From positions 98,199 through 162,198 of the forward strand of contig CANIPU010000005.1 in the NCBI GenBank assembly GCA_947469485.1: a DNA stretch of 64,000 bases, in the 5' to 3' direction. Positions 1-9,353 of this stretch are shown piece after piece. The notes under the pieces were generated by a model. It did no database searches and was not told the DNA's origin. It saw nothing but the letters and a program-made list of their open reading frames with translations. Source of the DNA: Chitinophagaceae bacterium (lineage in GTDB: Bacteria; Bacteroidota; Bacteroidia; Chitinophagales; UBA10324). Within the stretch, counting starts at the first letter, position 1. The number at the start of each line of letters is the position of its first letter. The translations under genes were made by a program, and so were the position numbers.

Positions 1-64
1 TATGCCTGATGACATGGGAGGTGAGTTTAACTTTGAGGAAGGGGCTGAAGATTTTAAAGAGTAA
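1..64 (+). CDS. 3' end of an upstream gene (acidic C-terminus ...MPDDMGGEFNFEEGAEDFKE*), partial
   Basis: Open frame from the window edge ends in TAA at 62-64, overlapping the miaA ATG (TAATG), which suggests translational coupling. Confidence 0.6.
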   Translation, partial: MPDDMGGEFNFEEGAEDFKE

Positions 65-981
65 TGGAGCGCGCGGAATTTATTTCCGGTAAAAAAAATA
101 CAGAGCATAAACTTATTGTAATTGCAGGAGCAACTGCTTCCGGAAAAACTGATTTATCAATAAAACTTGCATTGCAGTTTCAAACAGAGATAATATCAGC
201 TGATGCAAGGCAGTTTTATCGCGAAATGAATATTGGTACCGCCAAGCCTGAGGTTGAACAACTGAAAATGGTGAAACACCATTTTATAAATTCTCTTTCA
301 ATACAAGATGATTACAGTGCAGGAAAATTCCGTGAAGATGTTCTGAACTTATTGAAAAAGTTATTTGAAAAAGTAAATACAGTTATCATGGTTGGTGGCA
401 GCGGATTATTTATCCGTGCAGTTTTAAATGGATTTGATGAAATTCCAGAAACTTCAATTGAAGCAAAAAAGAAAGTTAATGAATTATATAATACCCAGGG
501 TTTAGTTGGGTTGCAGGAGTTATTGAAACAATTGGATTCAGAATATTTTAAGGAAGTTGATTTACATAACCCATATCGTTTGCAGCGTGCTTTGGAAATT
601 TGTATTTCAAGCGGAATGCCGTTTTCATCATTCAGAAAAGGAGCCAGAGTTGAAAATGATTTTAATGTCGATTACTTTGTTGTAAATCTTGAAAGGGAAG
701 AATTGTATAAGCGAATTAATGATAGGGTAGATGGTATGATGAAATCGGGGCTTTTGGAAGAAGTTAAATCGCTGTATTCTTTCCGTAAATTAAATGCTCT
801 TAATACTGTTGGTTATAAAGAATTGTTTGAATACCTGGATAATAGGATTTCGCTGGATAAAGCAATAGATTTGGTAAAGCAGCACACGCGCAATTTTGCA
901 AAGCGACAACTTACATGGTATCGGAAAGAAGCAAATGCACAATGGAAAACCAAGGAAGAAATTCATAAAATTTTTAGTTAA
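64..981 (+). CDS. miaA: tRNA dimethylallyltransferase
   Basis: P-loop GATASGKT, ISADARQFYREMNIGTAKP, VGGSGLF, TRNFAKRQLTW motifs. Confidence 0.97.
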   Translation: MERAEFISGKKNTEHKLIVIAGATASGKTDLSIKLALQFQTEIISADARQFYREMNIGTAKPEVEQLKMVKHHFINSLSIQDDYSAGKFREDVLNLLKKLFEKVNTVIMVGGSGLFIRAVLNGFDEIPETSIEAKKKVNELYNTQGLVGLQELLKQLDSEYFKEVDLHNPYRLQRALEICISSGMPFSSFRKGARVENDFNVDYFVVNLEREELYKRINDRVDGMMKSGLLEEVKSLYSFRKLNALNTVGYKELFEYLDNRISLDKAIDLVKQHTRNFAKRQLTWYRKEANAQWKTKEEIHKIFS

Positions 982-1005
982 ATAATTTTCGAAACAAAAC
1001 AAAAA

Positions 1006-1668
1006 ATGAAACAGATTTTAATAGCAGTAATTGTTCTATTCAATTTAAATAATTTATCAGCTCAGAAAATTCAGGTGTCTGAAGGAAAATTAGTTACTTC
1101 TTTTGGTGAAATGGATGCTTATGAAGTATGGATTCCGAAATGTGAAGAAGATAAAATTGAAAAATCTTTTGAGAAATGGTTGAAAAATCACGATGGAGAA
1201 GTAACTAATAAAAAAGGAGAAGTAAGTGCAACTAAAGTTGTGTTTAAAGAATTTTATCAGACCCCGGTTAATATTTATGCAAGTTTAAAAGAATCAGGAA
1301 ATGATGTAAAACTGTTAGTCAGCATTGATGCTGGAGCAGGTTTTTCTTCAATAAAATCTCAACCCGAATTGCACCAGAATTTTAAAAATGTTATTCGGAA
1401 TTTTGCAATAGCTGAGGCAAAAGAAGCTGCTCTTTCCAGGTTAAATGATGAACAAAAGAAACTTGAAAAAGCAAATAATGATTTAGCTGATTTAAAAAAG
1501 GAAAAAGAACATTTACAAAAGGATATTGACGATTGTAATTTAACTATTGAAAAGAACAAAAAACTTATACTAACTAATGATTCAGATCAAACAACTAAAA
1601 TATCAGAGATTAGTGGTCAGGATCAAAAGGTGAAGAATTTGCAAGGTGAGTTAGACGGCATTCAATAA
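1006..1668 (+). CDS. Exported hypothetical protein with C-terminal coiled coil
   Basis: Signal peptide ending LSA-Q; heptad-rich K/E/L C-terminal third. Confidence 0.8.
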   Translation: MKQILIAVIVLFNLNNLSAQKIQVSEGKLVTSFGEMDAYEVWIPKCEEDKIEKSFEKWLKNHDGEVTNKKGEVSATKVVFKEFYQTPVNIYASLKESGNDVKLLVSIDAGAGFSSIKSQPELHQNFKNVIRNFAIAEAKEAALSRLNDEQKKLEKANNDLADLKKEKEHLQKDIDDCNLTIEKNKKLILTNDSDQTTKISEISGQDQKVKNLQGELDGIQ

Positions 1669-1737
1669 AAATTATAAATCAACTTTTCTAAAATATTTTG
1701 TTTCTGTTTTCGTCTTCTCAATCACAACGAAAAGGAA

Positions 1738-2307
1738 ATGGTTATTTCACAAAACATGGGCGCTTCGCGACAACAACAAATAACAGATGCTGTTAGACAA
1801 TACAGCCGTAAGTTATTTGGCTTTGTTCGTAAGCGGGTTGCAACTGATGAAGATGCTGAAGATTTGGTTCAGGATGTTTTCCAGCAAATGATAATTACCA
1901 GTTTAAATGAACCTATTGAGCAATTGTCTGCATGGCTTTATCGCGTTGCAGGAAATAAAGTAATTGACTGGTATCGAAAGAAGAAGCCAGTTCCTTTAGA
2001 AAATTTTGCAGTTGAAAATGAAGATGGTGAATCTGTAATACCGGATTTCTTATTTGCCGATAAAGGGGGATTACCTGATGACCTTCTAAACAGGCAGATA
2101 TTTTGGGATATGCTTCATGATGCTTTAAAGGAATTGCCTGTTGATCAGAGAGAGGTTTTTGTTATGCATGAACTGGAAGGATTAAGCTTTAAGCAAATTG
2201 AAAAGGCCACAGGCGCAAATCAGAACACTTTACTCTCACGAAAAAGATATGCTGTTGTTCACTTACGAAAGAGATTGCAGCAATATTTTGATGAGTTTTT
2301 TAACTAA
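1738..2307 (+). CDS. ECF-type RNA polymerase sigma-70 factor
   Basis: Region 2 DAEDLVQDVF...WLYRVAGNKVID; region 4 LPVDQREVFVMHELEGLSFKQI...NTLLSR. Confidence 0.95.
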   Translation: MVISQNMGASRQQQITDAVRQYSRKLFGFVRKRVATDEDAEDLVQDVFQQMIITSLNEPIEQLSAWLYRVAGNKVIDWYRKKKPVPLENFAVENEDGESVIPDFLFADKGGLPDDLLNRQIFWDMLHDALKELPVDQREVFVMHELEGLSFKQIEKATGANQNTLLSRKRYAVVHLRKRLQQYFDEFFN

Positions 2308-2320
2308 ATAAAATTGTTTT

Positions 2321-2689
2321 ATGAAAATGTTTTGGGTTAAGAAAATATTAAAAGGAATTGTACTCTTTTTAATTTTTGCTTCAATTTTTTCTTTTCTTGT
2401 TATGTGGTTGTGGAACCTGATTGTTCCTGCTGTTACAGGATGGACAGCTCTTACCTTTTGGCAGGCAGCCGGATTGCTATTGCTTAGTAAAATATTATTT
2501 GGATTCAGAGGTGGATGGGGCAGGCATTGGGGCGGCCATCCCAAACATAATTATTTCTGGAAGAAAAAATGGGATGATAAATTATCACATATGACACCTG
2601 AAGACAGGGAGAATATGAAGAATATGTGGAGCAAACAATTTTGTAGTTGGGATGAAAAAACAAAGACTTCAACTGATAATCAATCTTAG
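2321..2689 (+). CDS. Small membrane protein co-transcribed with the ECF sigma factor
   Basis: Hydrophobic segments (VMWLWN..P...LTFWQAAGLLLLSKILFG) then a Trp/basic tail with MTPEDR; 13 nt after the sigma stop. Confidence 0.8.
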   Translation: MKMFWVKKILKGIVLFLIFASIFSFLVMWLWNLIVPAVTGWTALTFWQAAGLLLLSKILFGFRGGWGRHWGGHPKHNYFWKKKWDDKLSHMTPEDRENMKNMWSKQFCSWDEKTKTSTDNQS

Positions 2690-2855
2690 TTTTAGTTAAT
2701 ATCGATATTGATATTTTTTGGAATAGATATTCTTAACTTATATAATATAAATTTATTTTAAGGTAAATAGAAGGAGTGTTGAAACTTTGTGAACTTTTAT
2801 TTGTGGGCTTTGTTCACATTTGCATAAGAATTAATTCAACTAAAAAACAAAAATA

Positions 2856-3173
2856 ATGGCATTAGAAATCACAGACGCGAATTTCAAGACAACAATTATT
2901 GATAGCGAAAAAGTTGCAATAGTTGACTTTTGGGCTGAATGGTGTGGGCCTTGCAGAATGATTGGTCCTATAGTAGAGGAACTTTCAAAAGAATACGCTG
3001 ATACCGCAGTAATTGGTAAATTAAATGTTGACAATAACCCCGAAGTATCAACTGAATTCGGAGTTAGAAGTATTCCGACAATTCTTTTTTTTAAAGGTGG
3101 AAAACTAGTTGATAAACAAGTTGGAGTAGTTCCAAAATCAGTTTTAGAGGGAAAGTTGAAAATGCATATGTAA
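2856..3173 (+). CDS. trxA: Thioredoxin
   Basis: VDFWAEWCGPC active site, SIPT cis-Pro motif, 105 aa. Confidence 0.97.
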   Translation: MALEITDANFKTTIIDSEKVAIVDFWAEWCGPCRMIGPIVEELSKEYADTAVIGKLNVDNNPEVSTEFGVRSIPTILFFKGGKLVDKQVGVVPKSVLEGKLKMHM

Positions 3174-3197
3174 GGAATTTTGATTTTAAAAATATTT

Positions 3198-3226
3198 AAG
3201 CCCTTTCAGTTTCGAAAGGGCTTTTT
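3198..3226 (+). terminator. Rho-independent terminator after trxA
   Basis: Stem AAGCCCTTTC / GAAAGGGCTT, 6-nt loop, T run. Confidence 0.8.
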
Positions 3227-3237
3227 AAATTTACTCC

Positions 3238-4194
3238 ATGCCATTTGAAAATTTAATTGATCCATCTTTGATTGCACAAACAGGAAATCTCGAATTTCTT
3301 GCAAAGCAGGTAGTGGAAGGATTTATAATTGGAATACACAAAAGTCCTTTTCATGGTTTTTCTGTTGAATTTGCTGAACACAGGCTATATAATCAGGGAG
3401 AGTCTACTAAGAATATAGATTGGAAAGTATTCGCTCGTTCGGATAAAATGTTTGTCAAAAAATATGAGGAGGAAACAAATCTTCGTTGCCATATAGTGAT
3501 GGATGTATCCTCTTCAATGTTTTTTCCTGAAGGAAAAGATAGTTTGCAACGGAAAATTCTATCCAAAATTCAATTTAGTTGTGTGGCCGCAGCTGCATTA
3601 ATGGAATTATTAAAAAAACAACGCGATGCGTTTGCACTTCATTTATTTTCAAAAGAGATTGAATTAAATACTCAGGTTAGATCTACAAATCAACATTATA
3701 GATTGTTGATTTCGCATCTTGAAAAGTTGCTTAATGAGGATAAGTCTTCTTCTCAAAAAACAACATCGGCCACAGATGCAATTCACATAATAGCTGAATC
3801 AATTCATCGAAGATCATTGGTGATTATATTTTCTGATATGTTAGATGATGCTATTGGCAATGATTTAAGAATGGAGAAATTGTTTTCATCTTTGCAGCAT
3901 CTCAGATATAACAAACATGAAGTAATTTTATTTCATGTTGTAGACAGGAAAAGAGAAGTTGAGTTTGAGTTTGAGAACAGACCATATCAATTTGTTGATT
4001 TAGAAACTGGAGAGAAAATAAAATTACAACCTTCTGAATTGAAAAAAAACTATACAGAAAGAATGTATAAACTTGAAAAGGAATTAAAACTAAGATGCGG
4101 ACAGAATAGAATTGATTTAATTGAGGCGGATATTAATAAAGGTTTTCAGCAGATATTATCACCATACTTGTTAAAAAGGAGTCGATTAATGTAA
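3238..4194 (+). CDS. DUF58 family (vWA-like) protein
   Basis: GIHKSPFHGFSVEFAEHRLY..G...IDWKV, KKYEEETNL, MIDAS-like DVSSSM, IFSD. Confidence 0.92.
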   Translation: MPFENLIDPSLIAQTGNLEFLAKQVVEGFIIGIHKSPFHGFSVEFAEHRLYNQGESTKNIDWKVFARSDKMFVKKYEEETNLRCHIVMDVSSSMFFPEGKDSLQRKILSKIQFSCVAAAALMELLKKQRDAFALHLFSKEIELNTQVRSTNQHYRLLISHLEKLLNEDKSSSQKTTSATDAIHIIAESIHRRSLVIIFSDMLDDAIGNDLRMEKLFSSLQHLRYNKHEVILFHVVDRKREVEFEFENRPYQFVDLETGEKIKLQPSELKKNYTERMYKLEKELKLRCGQNRIDLIEADINKGFQQILSPYLLKRSRLM

Positions 4195-4195
4195 A

Positions 4196-5041
4196 ATGGT
4201 AGTTTTCCCAAACTGTAAAATAAACTTAGGACTATCTATTCTGGATAAAAGAGAAAATGGCTATCATAATCTGCAGAGTGTTTTTCTGCCTGTTCAGCTT
4301 TGTGATGTATTGGAAATAGTTGAAGCCGAAAAGGATCAGATATTTATTTATGGAAAAAAAGTTAATGGAGATCCCAAAAAAAACAGCTGCTATAAGGCGT
4401 TGGAAATACTCAGGGGCGTAAGAACATTTCCTTTCGTTCATATCCATTTATTTAAAAAAATTCCGATGGGAGCGGGGCTTGGTGGAGGCTCTTCAGACGG
4501 AGCATTTACTTTAAAACTTTTGAATGAAAAATTTTGTCTTGGTTTTTCAAAAGGAGAGTTAGCGAAATTTGCACTTGAAATTGGCAGTGATTGTGTTTTT
4601 TTTATTTACAATAAACCAATGTTGGTTGAAGGTCAAGGCGAAATTCTTTCCGAATTTGAAATTAACCTTAATGATTATTTTATAGGAATTGCATATCCTG
4701 AAATTCATGTCGATACAGCAATTGCTTATGGTTTATACGATGAATTTAAAAACCAAAGCATTATTAAATCTAAGAATAGTTTAAAAGAGAATTATCAAAA
4801 TTTAAAACCGGAAAAATGGAGGGACTTAATAATTAATGATTTTGAAAAAGTTATATTGCCTAAGTACCCTAAAATTGCAATATTGAAAAATACTTTTTAC
4901 GAAGAGGGAGCGTCTTTTGCTTTAATGAGTGGCAGTGGTTCTTCTGTTTTTGGTATATTTAAAAAAGACATTTATTTGAACATAATTAAACTTTTTAAAA
5001 GCCAGAACCCTAAAATTTTTATTTGCGATTTGCAGTTTTGA
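4196..5041 (+). CDS. ispE: 4-diphosphocytidyl-2-C-methyl-D-erythritol kinase
   Basis: PNCKINLGL, GYHNLQSVF, KKIPMGAGLGGGSSD, MSGSGSSVFG. Confidence 0.96.
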   Translation: MVVFPNCKINLGLSILDKRENGYHNLQSVFLPVQLCDVLEIVEAEKDQIFIYGKKVNGDPKKNSCYKALEILRGVRTFPFVHIHLFKKIPMGAGLGGGSSDGAFTLKLLNEKFCLGFSKGELAKFALEIGSDCVFFIYNKPMLVEGQGEILSEFEINLNDYFIGIAYPEIHVDTAIAYGLYDEFKNQSIIKSKNSLKENYQNLKPEKWRDLIINDFEKVILPKYPKIAILKNTFYEEGASFALMSGSGSSVFGIFKKDIYLNIIKLFKSQNPKIFICDLQF

Positions 5042-5079
5042 ACAAGAAAGAAATATAATTATTGTTAGTTAATTTAATC

Positions 5080-5109
5080 TTGTTGCTTTAAAAGCGATTT
5101 CTATATTTG
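5080..5109 (+). promoter_or_regulatory. Bacteroidota sigma-A promoter (-33 TTG / -7 TATATTTG)
   Basis: TTG at 5080-5082, 19-nt spacer, TATATTTG at 5102-5109, 24 nt before the ATG at 5134. Confidence 0.6.
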
Positions 5110-5133
5110 AACACTTCTAATAAATAGATAATC

Positions 5134-7827
5134 ATGATAAAAAAAATCGGATACTTTTTTACATTAATATGTTTGGTTTTATTGTTTGAAAATAAAGCCA
5201 ATGCGACCCATATTATGGGAGCTGACTTGTCATTTAAATGTCTTTCAAATGATACAATAGAATTCAATCTATCTCTTTATCGTGATTGCAGCCCTGGTTC
5301 ATCTCAAATGCAAGGTTCTTATGATATTATTATTAGTTCATCTTGTTTCAACTCTTCGGTTACAGTTTTTCAGGTTGGAAATGCAATTGAGGTTTCCCCG
5401 CTTTGTCCATTGCAAATAAGCAATAGTACCTGCAATGGAGGTACATTGCCGGGGGTTCAGCAATATAAATATACTGGAAAGATTCATCTTCCAACTCCTT
5501 GTTCTGATTATTTATTTTATTGGGAATCTTGTTGTAGAAACGGAGCAATTACAAATATTTTTGACCCTCTAAGTACAGGGGTTCGTGTTGAAGCAACTTG
5601 GAATAAAACCCAAGCAGGCTGTGATAATTCTCCTGCATTTAGTGCATTACCTGTTCCTTATATTTGTCAAGGACAACTAGTAAATTATAATAATGGAGGA
5701 TATGATCCGGATGGCGATTCATTAGTATATACTTTAGTAACACCTCTTTCAAGCAGTACTGCAACACAGGTTTTTCAATATAACTCTCCTTTTAATGCAG
5801 CCTATCCTTTAACAACTCCTTCAGGAACCGTGGGATTTAACCCTGGGACTGGACAGATTACTATGACAGCCTCAAATCTTGAAATCACATGTCTTGCAGT
5901 AAGAATTGAAGAATACAGAAATGATACTTTAATTGGTTCTGTAATGAGAGATATTCAAGTTGTTGTATTAAATTGTAATAATCTTGCTCCTGAACAAGTT
6001 CTAAATAATTTTGAGAACCTTCAGGGAGGTGTAATAACAGGGCCGAATGTTATTGAAGTTTGTCCGGGAAGTACTATGTCATTTGATGTTTTTAGTCATG
6101 ATCCTGATGGAAATAACTTAAGTTTATTTTCAAATATTGCTACCGTTTTGAACGGTGGCACTTATACTGTTACCCAGTTTTCAGCTGATTCAGCAAAAGT
6201 TCATGTTGTTTGGACACCAAGTGGAATTGATACAGGAAATTATGTTATTACAGTTACAATGAATGATGATGCATGTCCTGTCTATGGTCAAGCAGCATAT
6301 TCTTTCGTAATAAATGTCCCTGCCTCAACTTATGCAGGACCTGATATTTCTTTATGCTGGCCCGATACAGTAGCTCAACTTATTGTTACAGGAGGTTCAA
6401 TATTTTCTTGGACACCTTCAACTGGTTTAAGCGATACTTCAATTTATAATCCTATTGCAATTCCAGGTGTAACAACAACTTACTATGTTGAAAGTGATTT
6501 AAGTTCAAATTGTAAAAACAAAGATACAATTACCGTATTTGTTTTGCCAGCTTTAGTTTTAAATCCATCTTCAAATTTTGATACGATTTGTGCAGGAGAT
6601 CAAGTCCATTTGTTTTCTGGTATTTCTGGGGGGGGGGGAGCCGGTTATAATGTAAACTGGAATAGTATTGGAACTCCATTTAATTCAACACAAACTAACC
6701 CTTTTGCAAATCCAACAATTCCTACGACATATTACCTTAATGTTTCAAGTGGAAGTTGTCAGCAGAATGATTCAGTTTTTGTTTTCGCAAGACCAATTCC
6801 AAATTCAAATTTTACTTTAGCTCCTTCGAATCTTTGTCCAAAACAAACTACAACAGTTAACTTTCCTGGTTCTACAACAGGGTTGTTAAATAACTGGGGT
6901 TTTGGAAATGCAAATGTTATTAGTGGTTCAGGTTGGGGGCCATATAGTTTATCTTGGAATACTTCTGGATTAAAACCCGTATATCTTCAAGTTACAGATT
7001 TAACAGGTTGTACTTCCTTGGATACTCTTTTTGCAAATGTTCATCCCAATCCGATTGCTAATTTCACAGGAGCACCAACAGAAGGTTGCAATCCTTTAGA
7101 AGTTTTCTTCACAAATCAGTCAAGTGGTGGTGATTCAACTTATACTTGGGTATTTGGGAATGGAGGCTCTTCATCTGATGAAAATCCTAGCAATACCTAT
7201 AGCAACAGTGGTGATTTTGATGTTACCTTAATTGCTACCACATACTGGGGGTGTAAAGACACTATTACTAAATCGGATTTTGTTCATGTAATTGATCATG
7301 TAACAGCCAGTTTTACAACAACAGCAATTTCTGGTCAGGAATATGATATTTCACAAGCTAATTTTAATTTCACAAATACTAGTCAGTTCGCAGATAATTA
7401 TTTATGGTTGTTTGGTGATGGAGGAACAAGTACAGAGATTGATCCGATTCATTCTTATACAAATGTTGGAACATATACAGTAACTCTTGTAGCATCGAAT
7501 GAATATTGTACTGATACATTTACATTCTCAACAATTGTTGTTGTTTCATGGAACGATATTGTTTTCCCAACAGGTTTTTCACCAAATGAGGATGGAAAAA
7601 ATGATTTTTTCAAAGAACTTTTTAATAAAGGTGTGGTAACTTTAAATTACAAGATTTATAATCGTTGGGGAGGTTTAGTTTTTGAAACATCTGACCCTAA
7701 AGGTGTTTGGAATGGAAAATTAAATGGTGAAGATTGTGAAGTTGGAGTTTATATTTGGGAAGCAAACGCAACAATGCTAAATGGAAATAATTTGTTCAAA
7801 AAAGGAAATGTTACTCTTTTAAGATAA
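5134..7827 (+). CDS. T9SS substrate with type-B (gliding motility-associated) C-terminal domain and PKD/Ig-like domains
   Basis: Signal peptide then THIMGADLSFKC N-terminal domain; PKD motifs (WLFGDGG..S.E..P.HSY..GTYTVTL); CTD FPTGFSPNEDGKNDFF...IYNRWG...WNG...KGNVTLLR. Confidence 0.92.
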   Translation: MIKKIGYFFTLICLVLLFENKANATHIMGADLSFKCLSNDTIEFNLSLYRDCSPGSSQMQGSYDIIISSSCFNSSVTVFQVGNAIEVSPLCPLQISNSTCNGGTLPGVQQYKYTGKIHLPTPCSDYLFYWESCCRNGAITNIFDPLSTGVRVEATWNKTQAGCDNSPAFSALPVPYICQGQLVNYNNGGYDPDGDSLVYTLVTPLSSSTATQVFQYNSPFNAAYPLTTPSGTVGFNPGTGQITMTASNLEITCLAVRIEEYRNDTLIGSVMRDIQVVVLNCNNLAPEQVLNNFENLQGGVITGPNVIEVCPGSTMSFDVFSHDPDGNNLSLFSNIATVLNGGTYTVTQFSADSAKVHVVWTPSGIDTGNYVITVTMNDDACPVYGQAAYSFVINVPASTYAGPDISLCWPDTVAQLIVTGGSIFSWTPSTGLSDTSIYNPIAIPGVTTTYYVESDLSSNCKNKDTITVFVLPALVLNPSSNFDTICAGDQVHLFSGISGGGGAGYNVNWNSIGTPFNSTQTNPFANPTIPTTYYLNVSSGSCQQNDSVFVFARPIPNSNFTLAPSNLCPKQTTTVNFPGSTTGLLNNWGFGNANVISGSGWGPYSLSWNTSGLKPVYLQVTDLTGCTSLDTLFANVHPNPIANFTGAPTEGCNPLEVFFTNQSSGGDSTYTWVFGNGGSSSDENPSNTYSNSGDFDVTLIATTYWGCKDTITKSDFVHVIDHVTASFTTTAISGQEYDISQANFNFTNTSQFADNYLWLFGDGGTSTEIDPIHSYTNVGTYTVTLVASNEYCTDTFTFSTIVVVSWNDIVFPTGFSPNEDGKNDFFKELFNKGVVTLNYKIYNRWGGLVFETSDPKGVWNGKLNGEDCEVGVYIWEANATMLNGNNLFKKGNVTLLR
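6628..6638 (+). repeat. G11 homopolymer tract inside the 897-aa T9SS substrate gene
   Basis: tct GGG GGG GGG GGa gcc encodes S-G-G-G-G-A; the longest G/C run I saw in the window. Confidence 0.9.
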
Positions 7828-7883
7828 AAAATTAAACTCAAGCTGAATTTTTGCGTAGTAATTTAATCTTTAAAAAAATACCA

Positions 7884-8921
7884 ATGAAAAAAATACTTGC
7901 AGTTGTGATGATTTTACTTAGTAATTTGGTTGGGGCACAAGATCTTCATCTTACTCAGTTTTATATGTCGCCATTGACACTAAATCCGGCGCTCACTGGT
8001 GTATTTAACGGAAACTATCGCTTTACCGGTAATTATAGAAATCAATGGTCTAGCGTAATTGCAAATCCGTATGAAACCGTTGCTGGGGCAATTGAGTTCT
8101 CAGGGAAATCCGGTGATTTTAACAGAATTGGTGCTGGTTTGCATATTCTTAGTGATCAGGCTGGGACTTCTCAGTTAACGACAAATATTTTTGCCGGATC
8201 CATATCTTATAATTTCGCACTTTCAAGAAATATGGATTATTTTATAAGCACTGGATTAAATGTTGCTTATACTCAAAAAAGAATAAATCCTTTGTTTTTG
8301 ACTTTTGGAAATCAGTATGGCGACTCAGGTTATGATCCAAACAATCCTTCTGGTGAAACAATTACAACTAATGCTTATTCTTATGCTGATGCTTCGTTAG
8401 GATTTTTGTGGTATCATATTAATGGAAAAAGAAATAATCAGTTTTTAGGAACATCTGTTTGGCATGTTAACAGGCCCAATTTAGCCTTTATCGATAATGA
8501 TTTAGATAAATTATATACTAAAATTGTTGCTCATGCCGGTATGGGATTTCCTATAAGCGGGAAGGCCGATATGACACCTTATTTATTAGCAATGAAACAG
8601 GGACCTCATACTGAATTGGAACTTGGAACATTATTTAAATTTATTTTGGAAGAAAGAAAAGGACAAATTTTAGGTGGAACAAATTTTTATATAGGCCCTT
8701 TTTATAGAATAGTTGGAAATCAGGATGTATTTGTATTTAGTGATGCTTTAATTTTAGCTACAAAACTGGATGTTGGAGGATTTACATTCGGTATGAGTTA
8801 TGACATCAATGTAAGTGGATTAGTGCCTGCAAGCGCAAGCAGAGGAGGACCAGAATTGGCTATTCAATATACTGGTGCATTTAAGCATCAGAATTCAAAA
8901 ACATTCTGCCCAAGATTCTAA
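7884..8921 (+). CDS. PorP/SprF family type IX secretion membrane protein (copy 1)
   Basis: QDLHLTQFYMSPLTLNPALTG, NYRNQW, GMSYDIN, C-terminal CPRF. ATG 7884 is preferred over the TTG 7851 of the ORF track because it gives a canonical signal peptide. Confidence 0.93.
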   Translation: MKKILAVVMILLSNLVGAQDLHLTQFYMSPLTLNPALTGVFNGNYRFTGNYRNQWSSVIANPYETVAGAIEFSGKSGDFNRIGAGLHILSDQAGTSQLTTNIFAGSISYNFALSRNMDYFISTGLNVAYTQKRINPLFLTFGNQYGDSGYDPNNPSGETITTNAYSYADASLGFLWYHINGKRNNQFLGTSVWHVNRPNLAFIDNDLDKLYTKIVAHAGMGFPISGKADMTPYLLAMKQGPHTELELGTLFKFILEERKGQILGGTNFYIGPFYRIVGNQDVFVFSDALILATKLDVGGFTFGMSYDINVSGLVPASASRGGPELAIQYTGAFKHQNSKTFCPRF

Positions 8922-8941
8922 ATATTTTTTGGTTAAAGAGT

Positions 8942-8975
8942 AAAAAGCCTTCCAATTTGGAAGGCTTTTTTATTT
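8942..8975 (+). terminator. Rho-independent terminator after PorP/SprF copy 1
   Basis: Perfect inverted repeat AAAAAGCCTTCCA / TGGAAGGCTTTTT followed by T-rich sequence. Confidence 0.88.
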
Positions 8976-9062
8976 AAAGGAATAGTAAAATTGAATAGGC
9001 CATATAATTAAGTATGATATAAGTTGAATATTAAGTAAAATTTAAAAACTAGCCATAAAGGT

Positions 9063-9091
9063 GTAACCTTTTTGTAGTTTAGTTTGTATAA
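9063..9091 (+). promoter_or_regulatory. Putative ECF-sigma promoter GTAAC-N18-GTATAA (copy 1)
   Basis: GTAAC 9063-9067 and GTATAA 9086-9091, 28 nt before ATG 9120; the same motif and spacing recur at 9618-9646. Confidence 0.5.
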
Positions 9092-9119
9092 GTGTGACAA
9101 TTCACCAAAATAACACACC

Positions 9120-9338
9120 ATGTCACCACAAGAACACTTAGAATTTTTAATTTCTCATTATGAAGCAAAATTTCCGCATTTAGAGTCTCCAATGAAATGG
9201 CTCACCACAAAAACGGCGGAAGAATTAATTGATGCATTTAAGTTGGCTAAAAAACAGCCATTGACAAAGGATCACTTTATTATGGGTAAAAGAAAAATTA
9301 AAAAGCTCATGAAAATGGGCATGTTAGAAGCTGCTTAA
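9120..9338 (+). CDS. Small basic hypothetical protein (72 aa)
   Basis: ATG ORF preceded by an A-rich Bacteroidota-type initiation region, located between two terminators; no family recognised. Confidence 0.65.
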   Translation: MSPQEHLEFLISHYEAKFPHLESPMKWLTTKTAEELIDAFKLAKKQPLTKDHFIMGKRKIKKLMKMGMLEAA

Positions 9339-9353
9339 TCAAATTTACATTAT

